Shown piece after piece: positions 11,863 through 24,817 of a DNA stretch of 64,000 nucleotides. Both the position numbers and the translations under genes were made by a program. The stretch spans positions 48,360,001 to 48,424,000 of the forward strand of contig NC_067399.1 in assembly GCF_016432865.1 (NCBI RefSeq), read 5' to 3'. Position 1 is the first letter of the stretch. The number at the start of each line of letters is the position of its first letter. The notes under the pieces were generated by a model. It was not told where the DNA came from and searched no databases. It was given only the letters and a program-made list of their open reading frames with translations. The stretch comes from Antechinus flavipes. Its lineage: Eukaryota.

Positions 11863-14441
11863 CTGTGAAGAGAGAAGAGCTTGAAGGAATCTCTCACTTC
11901 TCCAGTGAACTCTGCTCCCTTATGCCCAGGGAAAATTGCATTTCCCACGAATTCTGCAAATATATCTTCCAGGCTGGCCAGAGGGAGAAAAGAGAAACTG
12001 ACCCAAGGGGGCAGAGACAAGCTCCCTGAAACCCATACTGGCACCCCAGTGTCATATAGATCAATTGTGAAAATGCAAGTGGACAATTTTAACCAACTCC
12101 TTTCCCACCACTTTTTTTTTTTTAAATGAGTAGCAAACAAGTATTCAATTCTATTGACTTGAAGTATCACCAGTCATTTCCATGTCCAACTCTCTGTGAC
12201 CCCAATTTTTTTTTTTTGATAGAGATGCTTGGTCCTTCCCTAGCCCCTTTTACAAAGGAGGAAACTGAGGCAGGCAGGGCCAGAGTCACACAGCTGGTGA
12301 GCATCCGAGGACCAGACTTGATCTCAAGAAGGAAGCTTCCTGACTGAGCCCAGCCCTCTTCACACTAGGCTGTCATCAGGCAGCCCTGACTTCAGCTTTA
12401 CTTTTATTCAGACCATATACAATTAATACAAAAGCATCAACTCTGCAATGAGTTACAGTGAAAGAGAAGGTGGAATAATGCACGAATTAGGCAATAATGC
12501 AAAATGACAAATGTCAAACCGTGTCGCCTCAATAATGCTTCAGAATTTTGAGGAGAGGAATTATGGGTGATCAATTTATGAAGGAACTTTACAGAGGGAG
12601 GAGAGTCACACAGTTAGGAGGCCCTCCTGACTCAGGCTGGCACCCTGTCCCCCTCTGTACTCCCTATCTGGCTGTCCTTTGATGTGCACATCTGATGGGG
12701 TCCCTTGGGCCCCCTCCCCATAGCCTCCAACCCTCATCTCCAGCCTTACTGCATGGGCTTCCACATACCCTGAAATCTGCCCAACTAGACCCCGGCCCTT
12801 TGCCCCGGAGCCCCCAAAGGTGGGCTATGATCTCTTCTTTCCAGTGGTTCATTAGACTCCTCCTCTCCTCCTACAGGGAACCCTTTCTGATCCCAACTCT
12901 GGGGCCTTCCCTCACAGATCAACTTCTATTAACCACTTTGTTCCTATTCTCTGTGCATTCACACCCCACCCCTACTAGAACGGACGCTCCCCCATGAGCG
13001 AGAACTTTTCACTCATGTACTTGCACTGGGCAGGGCGAGCACAGTTGCTTGTTGGCCAATCTGGCTTCCAGGGCTCTTGGCAATCTGGTCAGTCCCATAC
13101 TGACCCTTTGACGTGCCTTAGGCTTCCCTGTGTTTCACTTCCAGCCGCCAGACCTTTCCCCCCTTTTCCTCCCATCCAATGCTCCTTCTGCCAGTCCTCC
13201 ATACCCACAATGTGCTCCCTCCTCTTAGAATTCTCTTTCCTTCAAAACTCTGGTGCCGTCTTCCACAGAAAGATGTTCCTGATTGCTTCCTCTAATGCCT
13301 TACCCCCACCACACCTTGTACTGACTCTGTTTATATACATGTGAATAAATGTGTTCCCCAATAAACCGCAAACTCCTTGAGGGCAGAGACTTGTATTTGT
13401 GTATACCTGGTACCTATCAACCATGCCCAGTTCAAAGCAAGTGTTTGCTGACGGATAAAGGTTAGACTACAAACAGAGGAACCAGAAAGAGATTATTCAC
13501 AGGTTGAGTAAATGGAAAGGAGGTGCTGAGGATTGTTAATATTATTAATAAATGGTCAGATGAGGTTGGGCTGAAGAGATTTGGTGATGGCTGGGTTCTG
13601 AATGACAGAAGAATGTGAATTTGGGGTACATCGTAGGGGCTCCTATTGTTGTTTGGCTTAATAGAAATCATAGGTTTTTAGGTTTACTGGCCCCACCCAG
13701 ATTGGGAAGAAAAACAAGGAATCTCAATCAACTACAAAATGGATGATCAGCCCTTTAAATCGTCCCTGCTGTCACACCTACCTACCCATGGTTTAAACAA
13801 AGTCATGGCTGCAAGAGGGGACCAGAGGGGGCCTCCAGAACTCTCCAGTCCTGCCCTCTGCCCCCCTTGGGAAGCCAGACCCCAAGCAGCATGCTCCTGC
13901 TGTTTCCTTTCCTGTATACATCACTAACAATCTCATAACACGTCCTGCCAGGTGTGTGAAATAGGATGTGGGTGAAAATGGAGCGGGTCTGAGCAGCCAT
14001 TTCGGAAGACCGAGCCAGAGGTCCTGCAGGACAGGCCATCTACTGAGTGAAGCACTGTGGGAAGCAGTTAAAGAAGGTCAGAGGCCACTGCTTTTCTCCC
14101 TAAACTTAAATGAGCTCATGAGTGTAACAGTTATTGAGTAAAACCAGTACACAACAAAAAACAACCACCACCGTGGTGCAAAGGAAGAGCTTTGCATCAA
14201 CTTAACTTTTCCTTTGGTTGAATCATGGAAGGAAAAAAAACCCACTGAGGAAGAAGGGAGAATGCTGCGGAATCTGTCCAATTCAGTCTCCATTCAGCAG
14301 AAATCTCCTCCCCCTCTAAATTGCAACCATCTGGGTGAGTGCTGGGGGGATGGAGCAGGGAGGGGCCCACAACATCTGGGACAGTGAGGAGTAGAAATGG
14401 GAAGAATTCTGACCATGCTCAAGCCAGCAACCAATCCTCAC

Positions 14442-14598
14442 CTGACTGAGGAGGGAAGGTGTGCAGGTGTTTCAAGCTCCCCTCTGACAGCTGGATCACA
14501 TGGAGAGAACCTTGGTTGGAGGCCACAAACAACTTTGTGGAGTCTGCAGAGAACAGAATCTGGAGGGCAGAATTCAGGAGCTTGGGCACTTTTGAAAC
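14442..14598 (-). CDS. UTP4: UTP4 coding exon (157 nt)
   Basis: VSKVPKLLNSALQILFSADSTKLFVASNQGSLHVIQLSEGSLKHLHTFPPQS-G; tctcag| and |gtgagg. Confidence 0.96.
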
Positions 14599-15621
14599 CT
14601 GAGAGCAGGCAAAAAGTAAGAGTCAGCAATCCATTCTCTAGAATTTCCACATCTGAAATAATACTTGGAAAGAAAAACTTTGCCACAGCCAATGAACTTC
14701 AAGATTTCCACAATGTATCTCGCCCTGAGGTGAGGCACCTGTTACATGCTAGAGCGTCCCTCTGCTAATTCATACTTGTCCTTCCTCAACTCTTTTGTCA
14801 AATGCTATCCTTAAGAGCTAGATGAGAATCTTGGCTCCACAATTCACTTGCAGACCAGCGGTTCCTAACTTGGGAGTCTCTGATGTTTTAAAAAACACTT
14901 TGAGGACGGTATTTTCTTTTGTAATCCCATGTATTTTATTTTGTGCCATTTAAAAACATTATTCTGAGGGGTCCATTGGCTTCCCCAGATGGTCAAAGGG
15001 CTCATGACATAAACATGTTAGGAAGCCCAATCTAGCGTGCTCTGGGGCATGTCACCACTCACAACAGAATGGGAATCATGGAAACATGACTGAATAAAGG
15101 AATGAAACAGCACTGAGTAACCTAACTAGGGATCAGGAGCATGAATACAGAGTTGGAATGGAACTCAAGACAAGTAGCACTGATTAAACAACTACTGTGT
15201 GCCAGGCACCTAAGCCCCATCTGTAAAAATGAGGAGTCCGAAGGAGCTAAGGGGCTCACCCGGAACTTTAGGCCTCCTGGGACTTAGCCCCAGGTTCTCC
15301 AATGAGAAGGATCTCTCCTTGTTTCCCCTAGCTTCCCATAAAAATATTCCTGGCCTGAATCATATCATGGGGAGGCTATAAAAACAAATGAGAAAATAAG
15401 GAGGGTAAAAAGTCTTTATGTAGATGGTGGAGGAAGAGAAAGTGGAGGATGACAATGATGAAAATAAAGAGGGGGAAGACAGGAAGAGACCCGAAGGGCT
15501 TCTCAGGGCCTCAGATGCCCACCAACATGCATAGGGCATCTCAAGGAGCCTGATAAGAAAGCCCACGATTCAAAGGTGGGGATTCCAACAAGACAAAGGT
15601 GTAGGGTTGAATCTCACTTAC

Positions 15622-15744
15622 CCTTTTGATGCTCACACTGTTATTTTCATAATTCATCCGGTAAAGATAAAATCTAGAAGCTGTAGAATAAGCTATCCAG
15701 CTTCCACATGGGGAAATACAGCTACAACAGATATTCTCAGGCCC
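15622..15744 (-). CDS. UTP4: UTP4 coding exon (123 nt)
   Basis: GPENICCSCISPCGSWIAYSTASRFYLYRMNYENNSVSIKR; tctcag| and |gtaagt. Confidence 0.96.
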
Positions 15745-17836
15745 CTGAGAATGGAAGAATCAGAGAAGACATTAAATAAAATGGTAACAGAAGGCTCACC
15801 TTGGCTTGGGGGCGCCTCAAGGAACTATCACTTGATCCCAACAAAGGGTCATTGCAGTTGGGAGGTCAAGACTTCTCAGGCAAAAAAAGAGGCTTGAAAA
15901 TCCCAGCAGCGCTGCTCCCCCAGCATCCAACAAAATGCACCGTTTCCCCTCGTTTGGGTAAAGAAGGTGGAGGTGGAGGTGGAGGGAGTAAATCAGAAAG
16001 AGGCCAGATCACTAACACATGCTTGCTGAATGAATGAATTCCTATCTCCTGTTGCAGAGGGGATTCCTGTAGAGTAATAGAGGAGGCCCGAAATCCCTTC
16101 CAACACTAAAATTCTATGGTTTTGGGAGGCTTTTAGAGCCATTTACTTTATGTTTTGGTAGTTATAAATATACTTTAAAGAATGATACTATTTGAAATGT
16201 AACTGGTGAAAACTATTCAATACCATTTTCTATGACTATAATGCATTCCATTACTGGGTTCAACAAACTGCACTGTTGCATGGGATTAAATGCTATCCTT
16301 CCACAAGCACCTACTAATCACGTAGCAGGCTCTGGGCCAGAGATGGGGACGCCGGGCTTAAACAATGAGGGACATAAACACAACTCACATAGAAACAAAC
16401 ACCAGGCCAACGGGCTTGGGATGGGGTGGAACGAAGAGGATTAGTCCCTGGGGACCGGGAAGGTTTTATGCAGGAGGAGGAAACGAAAGAAGAGGAAACG
16501 AAGAAGGACTCTGCGAAGGAATGTGGCGTTCTCTGCCAGGTCTGGTGGGGCGAGGCCTCCCCTGCATGGGGGGCAGTCAGGGAAAAGGTGCAGAAAGCAT
16601 GGAAGGGCAAAGGCCAGTCTGCAGGAGTGCAAAGTGGGGGGAGGGCAGGAGTGACCAACGGAAAAGCTGGCTGGAGCCAGGCCGTGAAAGGCTTTGAAGG
16701 CCACACAAAGCAACAGGGGAGTGACCTGGGCAGGCTCTGGGAAAGTCACCCTGGCAGCGGCAAAGGGGAGAGAACACAGCCGGAGATGATTCACAGGTTA
16801 TCCCCATAGCATCCGGGTGAGAGAGGAGGGACCCAAAGTGGGCTGGGGACATCTGAGTGTGCAGAAGGACGAGGGCAAACGAGGGGAGCCCAGCAGGTGA
16901 GAGAGGAGTCAGGGCTGCCACAAAATTACCTGAGGATCAATGTAAATGACACTGAATGAATGTAAACCAGCTTGCAGGAAAACCTGCCAGGGACTGCAAC
17001 CAACTGCAGCCCCCCCTTTCCCCTCAGGGACCTTGGACAACTCCAGCACCCCCCCCCTCAGGTCTGATTCTATCCAATACCAGATCAGGAGAAAAGGGCA
17101 GGGCGGGGATCCACGACAGGGTGCTCCTACAGCCAGGCCCAGTCCTGGGAGTAAAGCCCCAAACCCTCCCAAGCCTACACCTAGCTTCCTGGGGAGCCCG
17201 CCCGCTCGGTGGGCCTGTTCCTTGGGCAGAGTGCCTGCTTACAGTGCGACAGCTTCGAGGGCTAAGGCTCGCTATGTCATTTTGGTAAAGACAAGGTAAC
17301 CAAACCTGCAGAGACCCAGAAGGCCCAACAGCAAGGGTGCAGAAAGAAAGGGCCAAGACCAAGCCCCCGGGGAGAGAGTCCCCCAGTCAGGGGCTGCAGA
17401 GAGCTCAGGAGGGGCCCAGAACCGGGAGGGTTGGAGGCTGGACTTAATGATGAGCTCAGAGCCAGACTGCACAGGACTGAGGGAGCGGAGCCCACAGGCA
17501 AAGAGGGGAGCTTTTCCAAGATAGAGGCCAATTGGGTGAACTCTCATGCTGTAGAGAAAAAGCTCATAGACAAACAGATCTGAGAGAAAGAGGGAAGGAC
17601 TGTGGGAGCTTTCTGGGGACAGGACACATCGAAGTCAGTTGGCTCTGGTACACCACAGTGTCAAAGAAACAGAGGTCACACCTTGCCATTGATAAACCAG
17701 CTAACTGCACAGAGATGGCACTCAGTCTGTATTTGTTGGATGAACCAGTGAATCAATTAATGAATTACACGTAAAATGAGGTAATTTCCTACCCTGTATT
17801 TCTGGCCATGTGCATTAAGCTTAAGCTGTTTCTTAC

Positions 17837-17901
17837 CTTTTTTTTAAGCTGTAGCAAATGTTCTGCATTTCTAGAGAGTGGAAGGATGTCCTCATTCTTT
17901 C
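17837..17901 (-). CDS. UTP4: UTP4 coding exon (65 nt)
   Basis: KNEDILPLSRNAEHLLQLKKK (human recalled as KNGDTLPLSKNADHLLHLKTK); ttccag| and |gtaaga. Confidence 0.94.
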
Positions 17902-19012
17902 CTGGAACAAGAAATTCCACTAAGGATTTCCCTCTTAATGAAGTTACTCCCCACAGGATTGAAGTACACTTTCCTCCCTCAAACCACTTGATTATGTATG
18001 AGAAATACCTTGAATCCTCACCAGAGTGGGATGAGGCCTATGAGAACGAGGCAGCTGTTTGGCTGGCCCGCCACTGGCTAGGTCCCTCACTGGGGCTAGG
18101 GGAGAGGGAAGCTTTCTGCTCCGCCCTGGACCCTCTCCCAACCAATCATTAAACTGGAACAACTCCACCCATGATCTTGTATCAGGAGAATTTACCAGCC
18201 CTGCCTACAGAGTGGAAGCAGATTGAGCCTGTCCTCTCATTTACTTGTGCAGTGAGGGACCTAGATCATAACTGCTATTTCCATGATTCTTCAAGATTTG
18301 CCCTGTGAAAGTAAATACAATTATCCCCCTGCTTTACAGATGAGACTCTGAGAGCATAAGGAATCTGCTCATGGTCATCTTGCTAGTGTCCAAAGGCAGA
18401 ACTCTGAACTTAGGGGCTTCCGAAGCCCAATTCCTTTATTCTAATCAATGAGAAAGTCTTTGAGCCAGAAGCACTAAAAGCCCTTTTTATGGCTCCCCAC
18501 CATTGTGCACAATGTAAGCCAAGTCACTCCTGGCTCCTGTCCCTCCTCTGTAAAAAGAGGTGGCTCCTTTTGAGCTCTAAGTTTCTGGATCTGGTTTATG
18601 TCATTTCTCTAAATTTCAGCTACTTAAGATCTACAAAACAAGAGGGCAAGACCAGGTGATGTCCTGGTGACCCTGTCAATTTTAAAATTATGTATATATA
18701 AACCCTACACTGTCTCCATTTAACAATAGCAGGGCCAAAAACCTAGAGCAGGCATCTATATCAGCTTCCCAACCCTGCCTGGGACTATGGCTCAGCAGAG
18801 ACAGACTGGGGATTCTGAGTTCCCTACTCTTCCTGTGGCTAGGCTCTTGGGTCTGAAGGTGGGGGCCAGGACATGGGGCACCCAAGAGTATGCATTTCGT
18901 AGAAATTTCCATTTTTCCAGATCATTCCAATGGACACTTTCTTTCCATGGCTCTGATTTGAGTTTTTTCTCCAGTCTATAACTTATTCCCAAGAAGAAAG
19001 GGCTCAGCTCAC

Positions 19013-19109
19013 CAGCTGCTTCAGTGGCTCCCAATCGCCAAAGTTCCAAACGCTGAGGAAACTGGAAGAGGAGGAGCTGCATCTTCTTAGCACAGGAGAT
19101 GAGATGCCG
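19013..19109 (-). CDS. UTP4: UTP4 coding exon (97 nt)
   Basis: RHLISCAKKMQLLLFQFPQRLELWRLGATEAA-G; ctacag| and |gtgagc. Confidence 0.95.
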
Positions 19110-19780
19110 CTGTAGCCAAGAAACAATCAGCATCAGAGTACTCTTTAAATTTCCCACATACGAGCTTAAGGAAAACATCTCAGTACGTTATACAAAGTTG
19201 GAACAAAAGGGAATTAACAAATTCACAAAATGTTTTTCTTTTTTGCTCAATTTAACTATTCTTCAAAACAGAATAATGTAAACAAGAAAAGGAAAAATTG
19301 GACTAAACAAAATAAATATTGGAGTTTGCCTAAAGGATAGATAATGGGCCTTCCAGCTCCATAAGTCTGAACCTGCAGAAGGGAGAAAACACCCATCCTG
19401 CTCACCTCCCCAGGTAGGGATCATAGGAATAGAGTATTAATTTAGCTGAAAAGAAATAGTTAACTGATAACCAAATAAATACTTTGTAAAAAGGGCCCGC
19501 AAACTAAAGATAAAGGAGACAGAAATGATCTTTGCTGTCATTATAAAAATCACTTTTTTTATATGTAGTCATAACAATATTTGGAATCTAACTCAAAGAA
19601 GGGAAGATGTCCAAAGTTCTAAAAGGATAGGTGGCATTTATTTTCTTATAATGGCAATTGAGAACACACTGACAACCTCCTCCATTCGCCTAATTTCTAA
19701 TGTCTAAAAAGTTTTTATAGGAATAGACACAGGCACGATGGGGAATGGGTGTGCAAAGGACGGGGGTTTCGGTCTCTTAC

Positions 19781-20044
19781 GTGTGGGAAGGTGATTTTCC
19801 GCAAGGCCGCGTCGTAATTCTTGACCTCCACCTTCTCCATGAGGGGGCGGATCACGAGGTGGGCGTCCACGCCTCCAGAGATCAGCGCCGTGGGGCTGTG
19901 AGCCACACAGCGCACGTCGTGCGTGTGATGCTGGAAGGGCTTTGTCCTCACCCACTGGCTCTGCTTGCCATCCGTCCTCGAGGCGATCAGCTGGAAGTGG
20001 AATATGGTCCCCTCGGCCGTGCCCACCACCATGCTGTCTTCTTT
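19781..20044 (-). CDS. UTP4: UTP4 coding exon (264 nt; appears to equal human exons 7+8 fused)
   Basis: KEDSMVVGTAEGTIFHFQLIASRTDGKQSQWVRTKPFQHHTHDVRCVAHSPTALISGGVDAHLVIRPLMEKVEVKNYDAALRKITFPH is uninterrupted; tgccag| and |gtaaga. Confidence 0.96.
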
Positions 20045-21414
20045 CTGGCAGGAGGAAAGAGTCGGTGAGCCCGGTCAGCACAGCTCAGGAAAGCTCGCCG
20101 CCATCAGCCGGCTCCTTTCTGCTGCGGCCACTCCAGCTTAGGACGTTGTGGTTACTTTCTGCCTTTGGTTCTTACGCGTTTATCTTTGACAGAAGTTAAA
20201 ATTTATGATAAAAATGTAGGGGCTGCTTGTAATGGAAGAGGAGGATGGAGGAGGAGGAAAGAGGAGGAAGAGAAGAAAAAGAGGAGGAAGAGTAACACCC
20301 AAGTGTACAAGGCCAATGGAGCCAGAGTCAACTGCAGAGTGTTCACCAACAGCCAGGTCACAGCACCCTCTGCTGGCCACTCATGCCCGCCGCGCTCCCC
20401 CTGCTGCTACTTCTGGAGCAGCCCTGGCCTGGCCTGAGGGCCCAAGCCCAGGGACCGAGTGCCCCGCTCAGACCCTGCAGCCTCTGCCTCTGTCCCCTGC
20501 TCTACCCGTCCTCCACACCCACACGGGTCATTCTTCTGCCTAGAGGAAGCCGGCCAGGGATCTCCGCAATACAAGACGAGCTGAATTACAAACGGGGCCT
20601 GGAAACTCTCAATGTTAAGTCACTGAGTTCTGAAGACCGTGGGCATGCTGGGAGTCAGTGGGCAACACGGCCCGAAGGCCAGACCAGGGCACACTAGCTG
20701 TGTGTCTCACCCAAGTCATGGAAGTCGGGAGCCTGAGCTTCCTCCTTTGTGAATGGGAGATTACCCCAGATGACCCTCAAGGTGCCTTCCAGCTTTAAAT
20801 CCTCTTATACACCTTTGGGGAGGGAGGATGAATGTTGGGGCAGGTGGCAGCTGTAAGTAGGCCGAAATCCCTGAGCGCAGAGCAGAGCTGGGCGGTGCCA
20901 TCCCCAGCACCTGCAGAGGGCAAGCCCGAGGCTGCTGGGCACAAAGGAGTGAATGTAGGGTGGAAGTGATTTCTGAGCTAATTTTCATTTTATTGCTCAA
21001 AACCCCACCAACCACAGCTCTAAAGAACGCAACTCCCTTTCTTCTCTGCTTGGTGAAGAGCCGGCAGGGCCCCACTGGCCTGGGACACGACAGAGGGAGC
21101 CTGTGGCCGGCGGCTGGAAAGCCTGAGATCCAAGCCGAGGGTAGACACTTGTGGGGTGACCTCTGGCAACGGCATTTGGCTCCCGGAGCCTCAGTCTCCT
21201 CGTTTGTAAAAATGGAGATAATATTTCTTGCCCCCTTGTTGTGAGACATTGTGTCACACAAAACATAGCACAAACCAGATAACACAAGATAAACCTGAGT
21301 TATTACCAATAGGGAAGGAAATCATCCCCACGAGTCTTCCTATAGGTCACTGCCCTGAGAGGAGGCAGACGCACAGAAATCAGGTGATCAGCTTAGCTAA
21401 GTTTATTCCCTTCT

Positions 21415-21565
21415 CACTCAGCTAGACAGTGCAGTGGACAGAGCACCAGCCCCGGAGGCAGGAGGACCCGAGTTCAAACCCAGCCTCAGACACTTAATTA
21501 TCACTAGCTGTGTGGCTTCGGGCTAGTCCCTTAACTCCAACTGCCTCACCAAAAGGGAAAAAAAA
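21415..21565 (+). mobile_element. Marsupial SINE (WSINE1-like)
   Basis: A-box/B-box head (gcagtggacagagcacc...gagttcaaacccagcctcagacactta), core, A-tail. Confidence 0.8.
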
Positions 21566-22487
21566 TGCCTCAAGACCTCACAATAAACTGTCTGGTTGAC
21601 AGGCCCCATCTCTGCCTAGAGGCTGAACCAGCAGGGAGTATTAAAAAAAAAAAAACAGCAAACTCTTTAAGTCCCAACTCAAATCCCCCCTTCCATAGCA
21701 GCCTGCCCTAAGCTCTCTGAATTCCAGCACTTTCCTTCTTTTAATAATTTCCAATTTTTCCTGTAAATAGCTTGCTTTGTATATATGCGTTAGCACTGGC
21801 TTCCCCCATTAGACTGTAAGCTCCTTCAGGGCAGGACTACCTTGGGCCTTTTTTTGTATCCTTACTGCTTAATGTGCAGCGCCTGGCCCACTGGTCCTTG
21901 CTGCTCAGGCATTTCAGCTGCATCGATTCTTTGTGAACCACTTAGGGTTTTCTTGGTAAAGATACTAGAGTGATTTGCCTTCTCCATAATAAGCACTTAA
22001 TAAATGTTTAATGATTCTTATTGATTAGGTCTTCAAATAATGGAAAGCATGAAAAGCAAAAGGCTTTGAAAAAACTTTGTGAAACTCCAAAAGGGAAAAA
22101 GTTTGAAAGTGGGAAAATTGGCGAAATACATGTATGTGGAAATTTCAATTACATCACATGGCAAGCAATGTACTGAGTTCATCCTACATAACTTCAAAGA
22201 TGACTTAAACCCAACCATTTTATAGAGCAATTTGGAACAAAGTCCAAAGGGTTATAAAATCATGCTTACTCTTTACCCCAACAATACTACTACTAGGCAT
22301 GTATCCCAAGAAACCCAAAAAAGAAAAAAAAAAGAGGGATAAGAGGGGGAGAGAAAGGACCTATATGTACAAAAATATTTATAACAATTCTTCTCAAGAC
22401 CAAGAATTGGAAATAGAGGGGATGTCCATCAATTGGGAATGGCTGAATAAAATAGAATATGTAATTATGATAGAATACTATTGTTCT

Positions 22488-22678
22488 TTTTTTTATTTTA
22501 ACATCAATCTCTCCCCTAGACAGCAAGCAATCCAATATAGTTAAGCATGTGCAATTCTTCTATACATCTGTCCCCATTTATCATGCTGCATAAGAAAAAT
22601 CAGCTCAAAAAGGAAAAAAATGAGGAAGGAAAAAAAAAGCAAACAACAAAAAAGGTGAAAATATGATGTGATTCATGA
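22488..22678 (-). mobile_element. L1 3' fragment nested in an older plus-strand L1 (~22250-23010)
   Basis: 14-bp TSD AATACTATTGTTCT (22474-22487 and 22679-22692); host L1 sequence on both sides. Confidence 0.8.
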
Positions 22679-23662
22679 AATACTATTGTTCTATAAGAAG
22701 TGAGGAGCAGGACGCTTTCAGAGAATCCTCCAAAGTCCTCCATAAGCTCATGCAAAGTGAACAGTACGGTGTGCAAAGTAATAGCAATGTTGTGGGATGA
22801 TCACCTGTAAATAACATTGCTATTCTCAGCAATTCGGTGTTCCACGACTACTCTGAAAGATTTAAGATGAAAAATGCTATCCATATGCAGAGCAAAAAAT
22901 TGATTCTGTCTGAATACAGGTTGAAGCATACTTTTTTTTTTTCTTGAGAGTTTTGTGGAGGTTTTTTATGGGGGAAGAGGGAAAATCTGTGTTATGGGGG
23001 AAGAGGGAAAATCTAAGAATGAAAAGATAGGCCCAGATAAACAAAATTGCTCAAGCTACTTTAACACAAATCTATTCAAATCCATTTTCTAAACCATCAC
23101 TTCAAAGAGATGGGAAATGAGGAGTCAGTCCTCCAAGAAACCTCACAGACTCTTGATCTCCTTCCAGAAACAGGAGCTTCTACGTTGCAAGATCTGGGGG
23201 AAAGTCCTCTACAGATGAACTAGCCAGGTCGGTGAGGAGTGAGAAGGCACAGGTGGCTGACATCAATCCTGGATGTACCTCCCTAGGCCTACCCTCCAGA
23301 ACTACCCTTAATGGCAAGACTGTTTACAAACCAATTCCGCAGGTATTATCGCCTGTCATGTGTCCCAACAAAGAACATCCTGCTAAGTATCCTTGCCTTC
23401 ATGAAGGTGACAATCAGCAGGGAAGATAGGATATACTCTTCAAGGAATAATATCATACAACAGTCGTGTAAGAGCATCCAGTGGGAAGAAATCTCATTCT
23501 AGCCAACGCTGAGGTCAGTAAGAGACAGAAGCTGAGGCCCCGAGAGGCCAGAGGGCCTGCCCAGAGTCCCACAAGAGCTAAGCCTGGGTTCTGGCCCTCC
23601 GACCCCATCTTCCCCGCACCATGGACTTCATGCACAAACTGCATCCGCAGGGATGCACTCAC

Positions 23663-23874
23663 CTCCGCCACAGCTATGGACAGCACGTCAGAATTGGAGA
23701 GGGGATGTGTCTGCATCAGGGTGCCGGTCTCCGAGTCCCAGAACTGGACCACGCCAGCCGAGTCCGTGCTCACGACGGTCCCGTCTGACAGGAAGGCCAC
23801 CCCCCACACGACACACCTGCGCCGATGCGGGCCCGGGTGCCTCCGATCCATTAGCATCTTTTGGGTGGTGCTGC
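23663..23874 (-). CDS. UTP4: UTP4 coding exon (212 nt)
   Basis: STTQKMLMDRRHPGPHRRRCVVWGVAFLSDGTVVSTDSAGVVQFWDSETGTLMQTHPLSNSDVLSIAVAE; tctcag| and |gtgagt. Confidence 0.96.
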
Positions 23875-24207
23875 CTGAGAAACAAGCACCCCAAGAGTCA
23901 GAGAAAAGACCCTCTGGCCTATGGCCCTTCTCCAGCCCCACCACCCCAACAGTGAAAAGTCTGAGCTACAGCCAGGGATGGTGAGACAAGAATGAATCAT
24001 GACCACTTCAGAGATGATGAGTGACGAGGGGGAGCCTCAATGAGCTTGGTGGGCTAGCTCTCCATTGCTAGTCTCCCAGATTGAAGGGGGCTCACCCATT
24101 ACTGCCCATGAGAGAGGATGCTCATGAATTAGTTCTTTGGGCCCAATCTGTGAAGGGAGGGTGCCTCAGTACAAACATAAGAGAAGTGGTTATAAATCAT
24201 GAGTTCT

Positions 24208-24345
24208 TCTTTTTGGCAAGGCAATTGGGATTAAGTGACTTGCCCAGGGTCACACAGCTACTAAGAAGTATCAGAGGAAGGATTTGAACTCAGGTCTTCC
24301 TGGCTCCAGGGCTGGTGCTCTATCCACTGCAGTCCCAAGTGCCCC
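24208..24345 (-). mobile_element. Marsupial SINE (WSINE1-like)
   Basis: T-tail, then ggattaagtgacttgcccagggtcacacagc...tttgaactcagg...ggtgctctatccactg. Confidence 0.8.
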
Positions 24346-24727
24346 AATTTCTAAGAAATTATAAAGGAAGAGAGCTCATGAAGCAGCTGCTAAAAAGGTC
24401 AAAGGGAGGCTGAGCTATAAAGGCATTCAAAATGCTTTATTCCAAGGCCTCAAATTGCTAAGATTTGTGCTTATTTTTCAGCTTACAGCACAAAATTTCT
24501 TTAAAGCAAAAAATAAAGTCAGGTAGAATAAGCCAGACAATTGTCATGTTTTATGACATACCCCCAGACCCAGCTTCCACCATGAGCTGAGAGAAACGCC
24601 TCGCCGATAATGCTCTGAAATCACAATTGGTCACAGCATTCACCAGAGTTTGGAAACCTGTTCGTGAAGCCCCCAAACCTTGCTCCAAACACAAGAGATG
24701 TGCAACCTGAACTGAGAACAACAGTAC

Positions 24728-24817
24728 CTGATTTAACATCAAGCACAGCAACATAATCTATGGAGCCAGCTGCAATGTGGGTACCAGATGGATGCCAGCT
24801 TAATGAGAGTATTCGAC
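24728..24817 (-). CDS. UTP4: UTP4 coding exon (90 nt)
   Basis: RILSLSWHPSGTHIAAGSIDYVAVLDVKS; tgccag| and |gtactg. Confidence 0.96.

Noticed and set aside
17226-17243. 17/18-nt inverted match to the UTP4 exon at ~11313-11330
   Set aside because: The exact core is 14 nt; tens of such matches are expected by chance within 64 kb.
17241-17305. Exon-like segment (ctgcag|...|gtaagc) on the minus strand in a UTP4 intron
   Set aside because: No match to UTP4, and it has a stop in the required phase; the true 65-nt exon is at 17837-17901.
22966-23014. 23-bp direct repeat with a 3-bp spacer; similar 14-bp x3 unit at 53887-53926
   Set aside because: Ordinary slippage micro-duplications; only 2-3 units with no unique spacers, so not CRISPR-like or otherwise informative.
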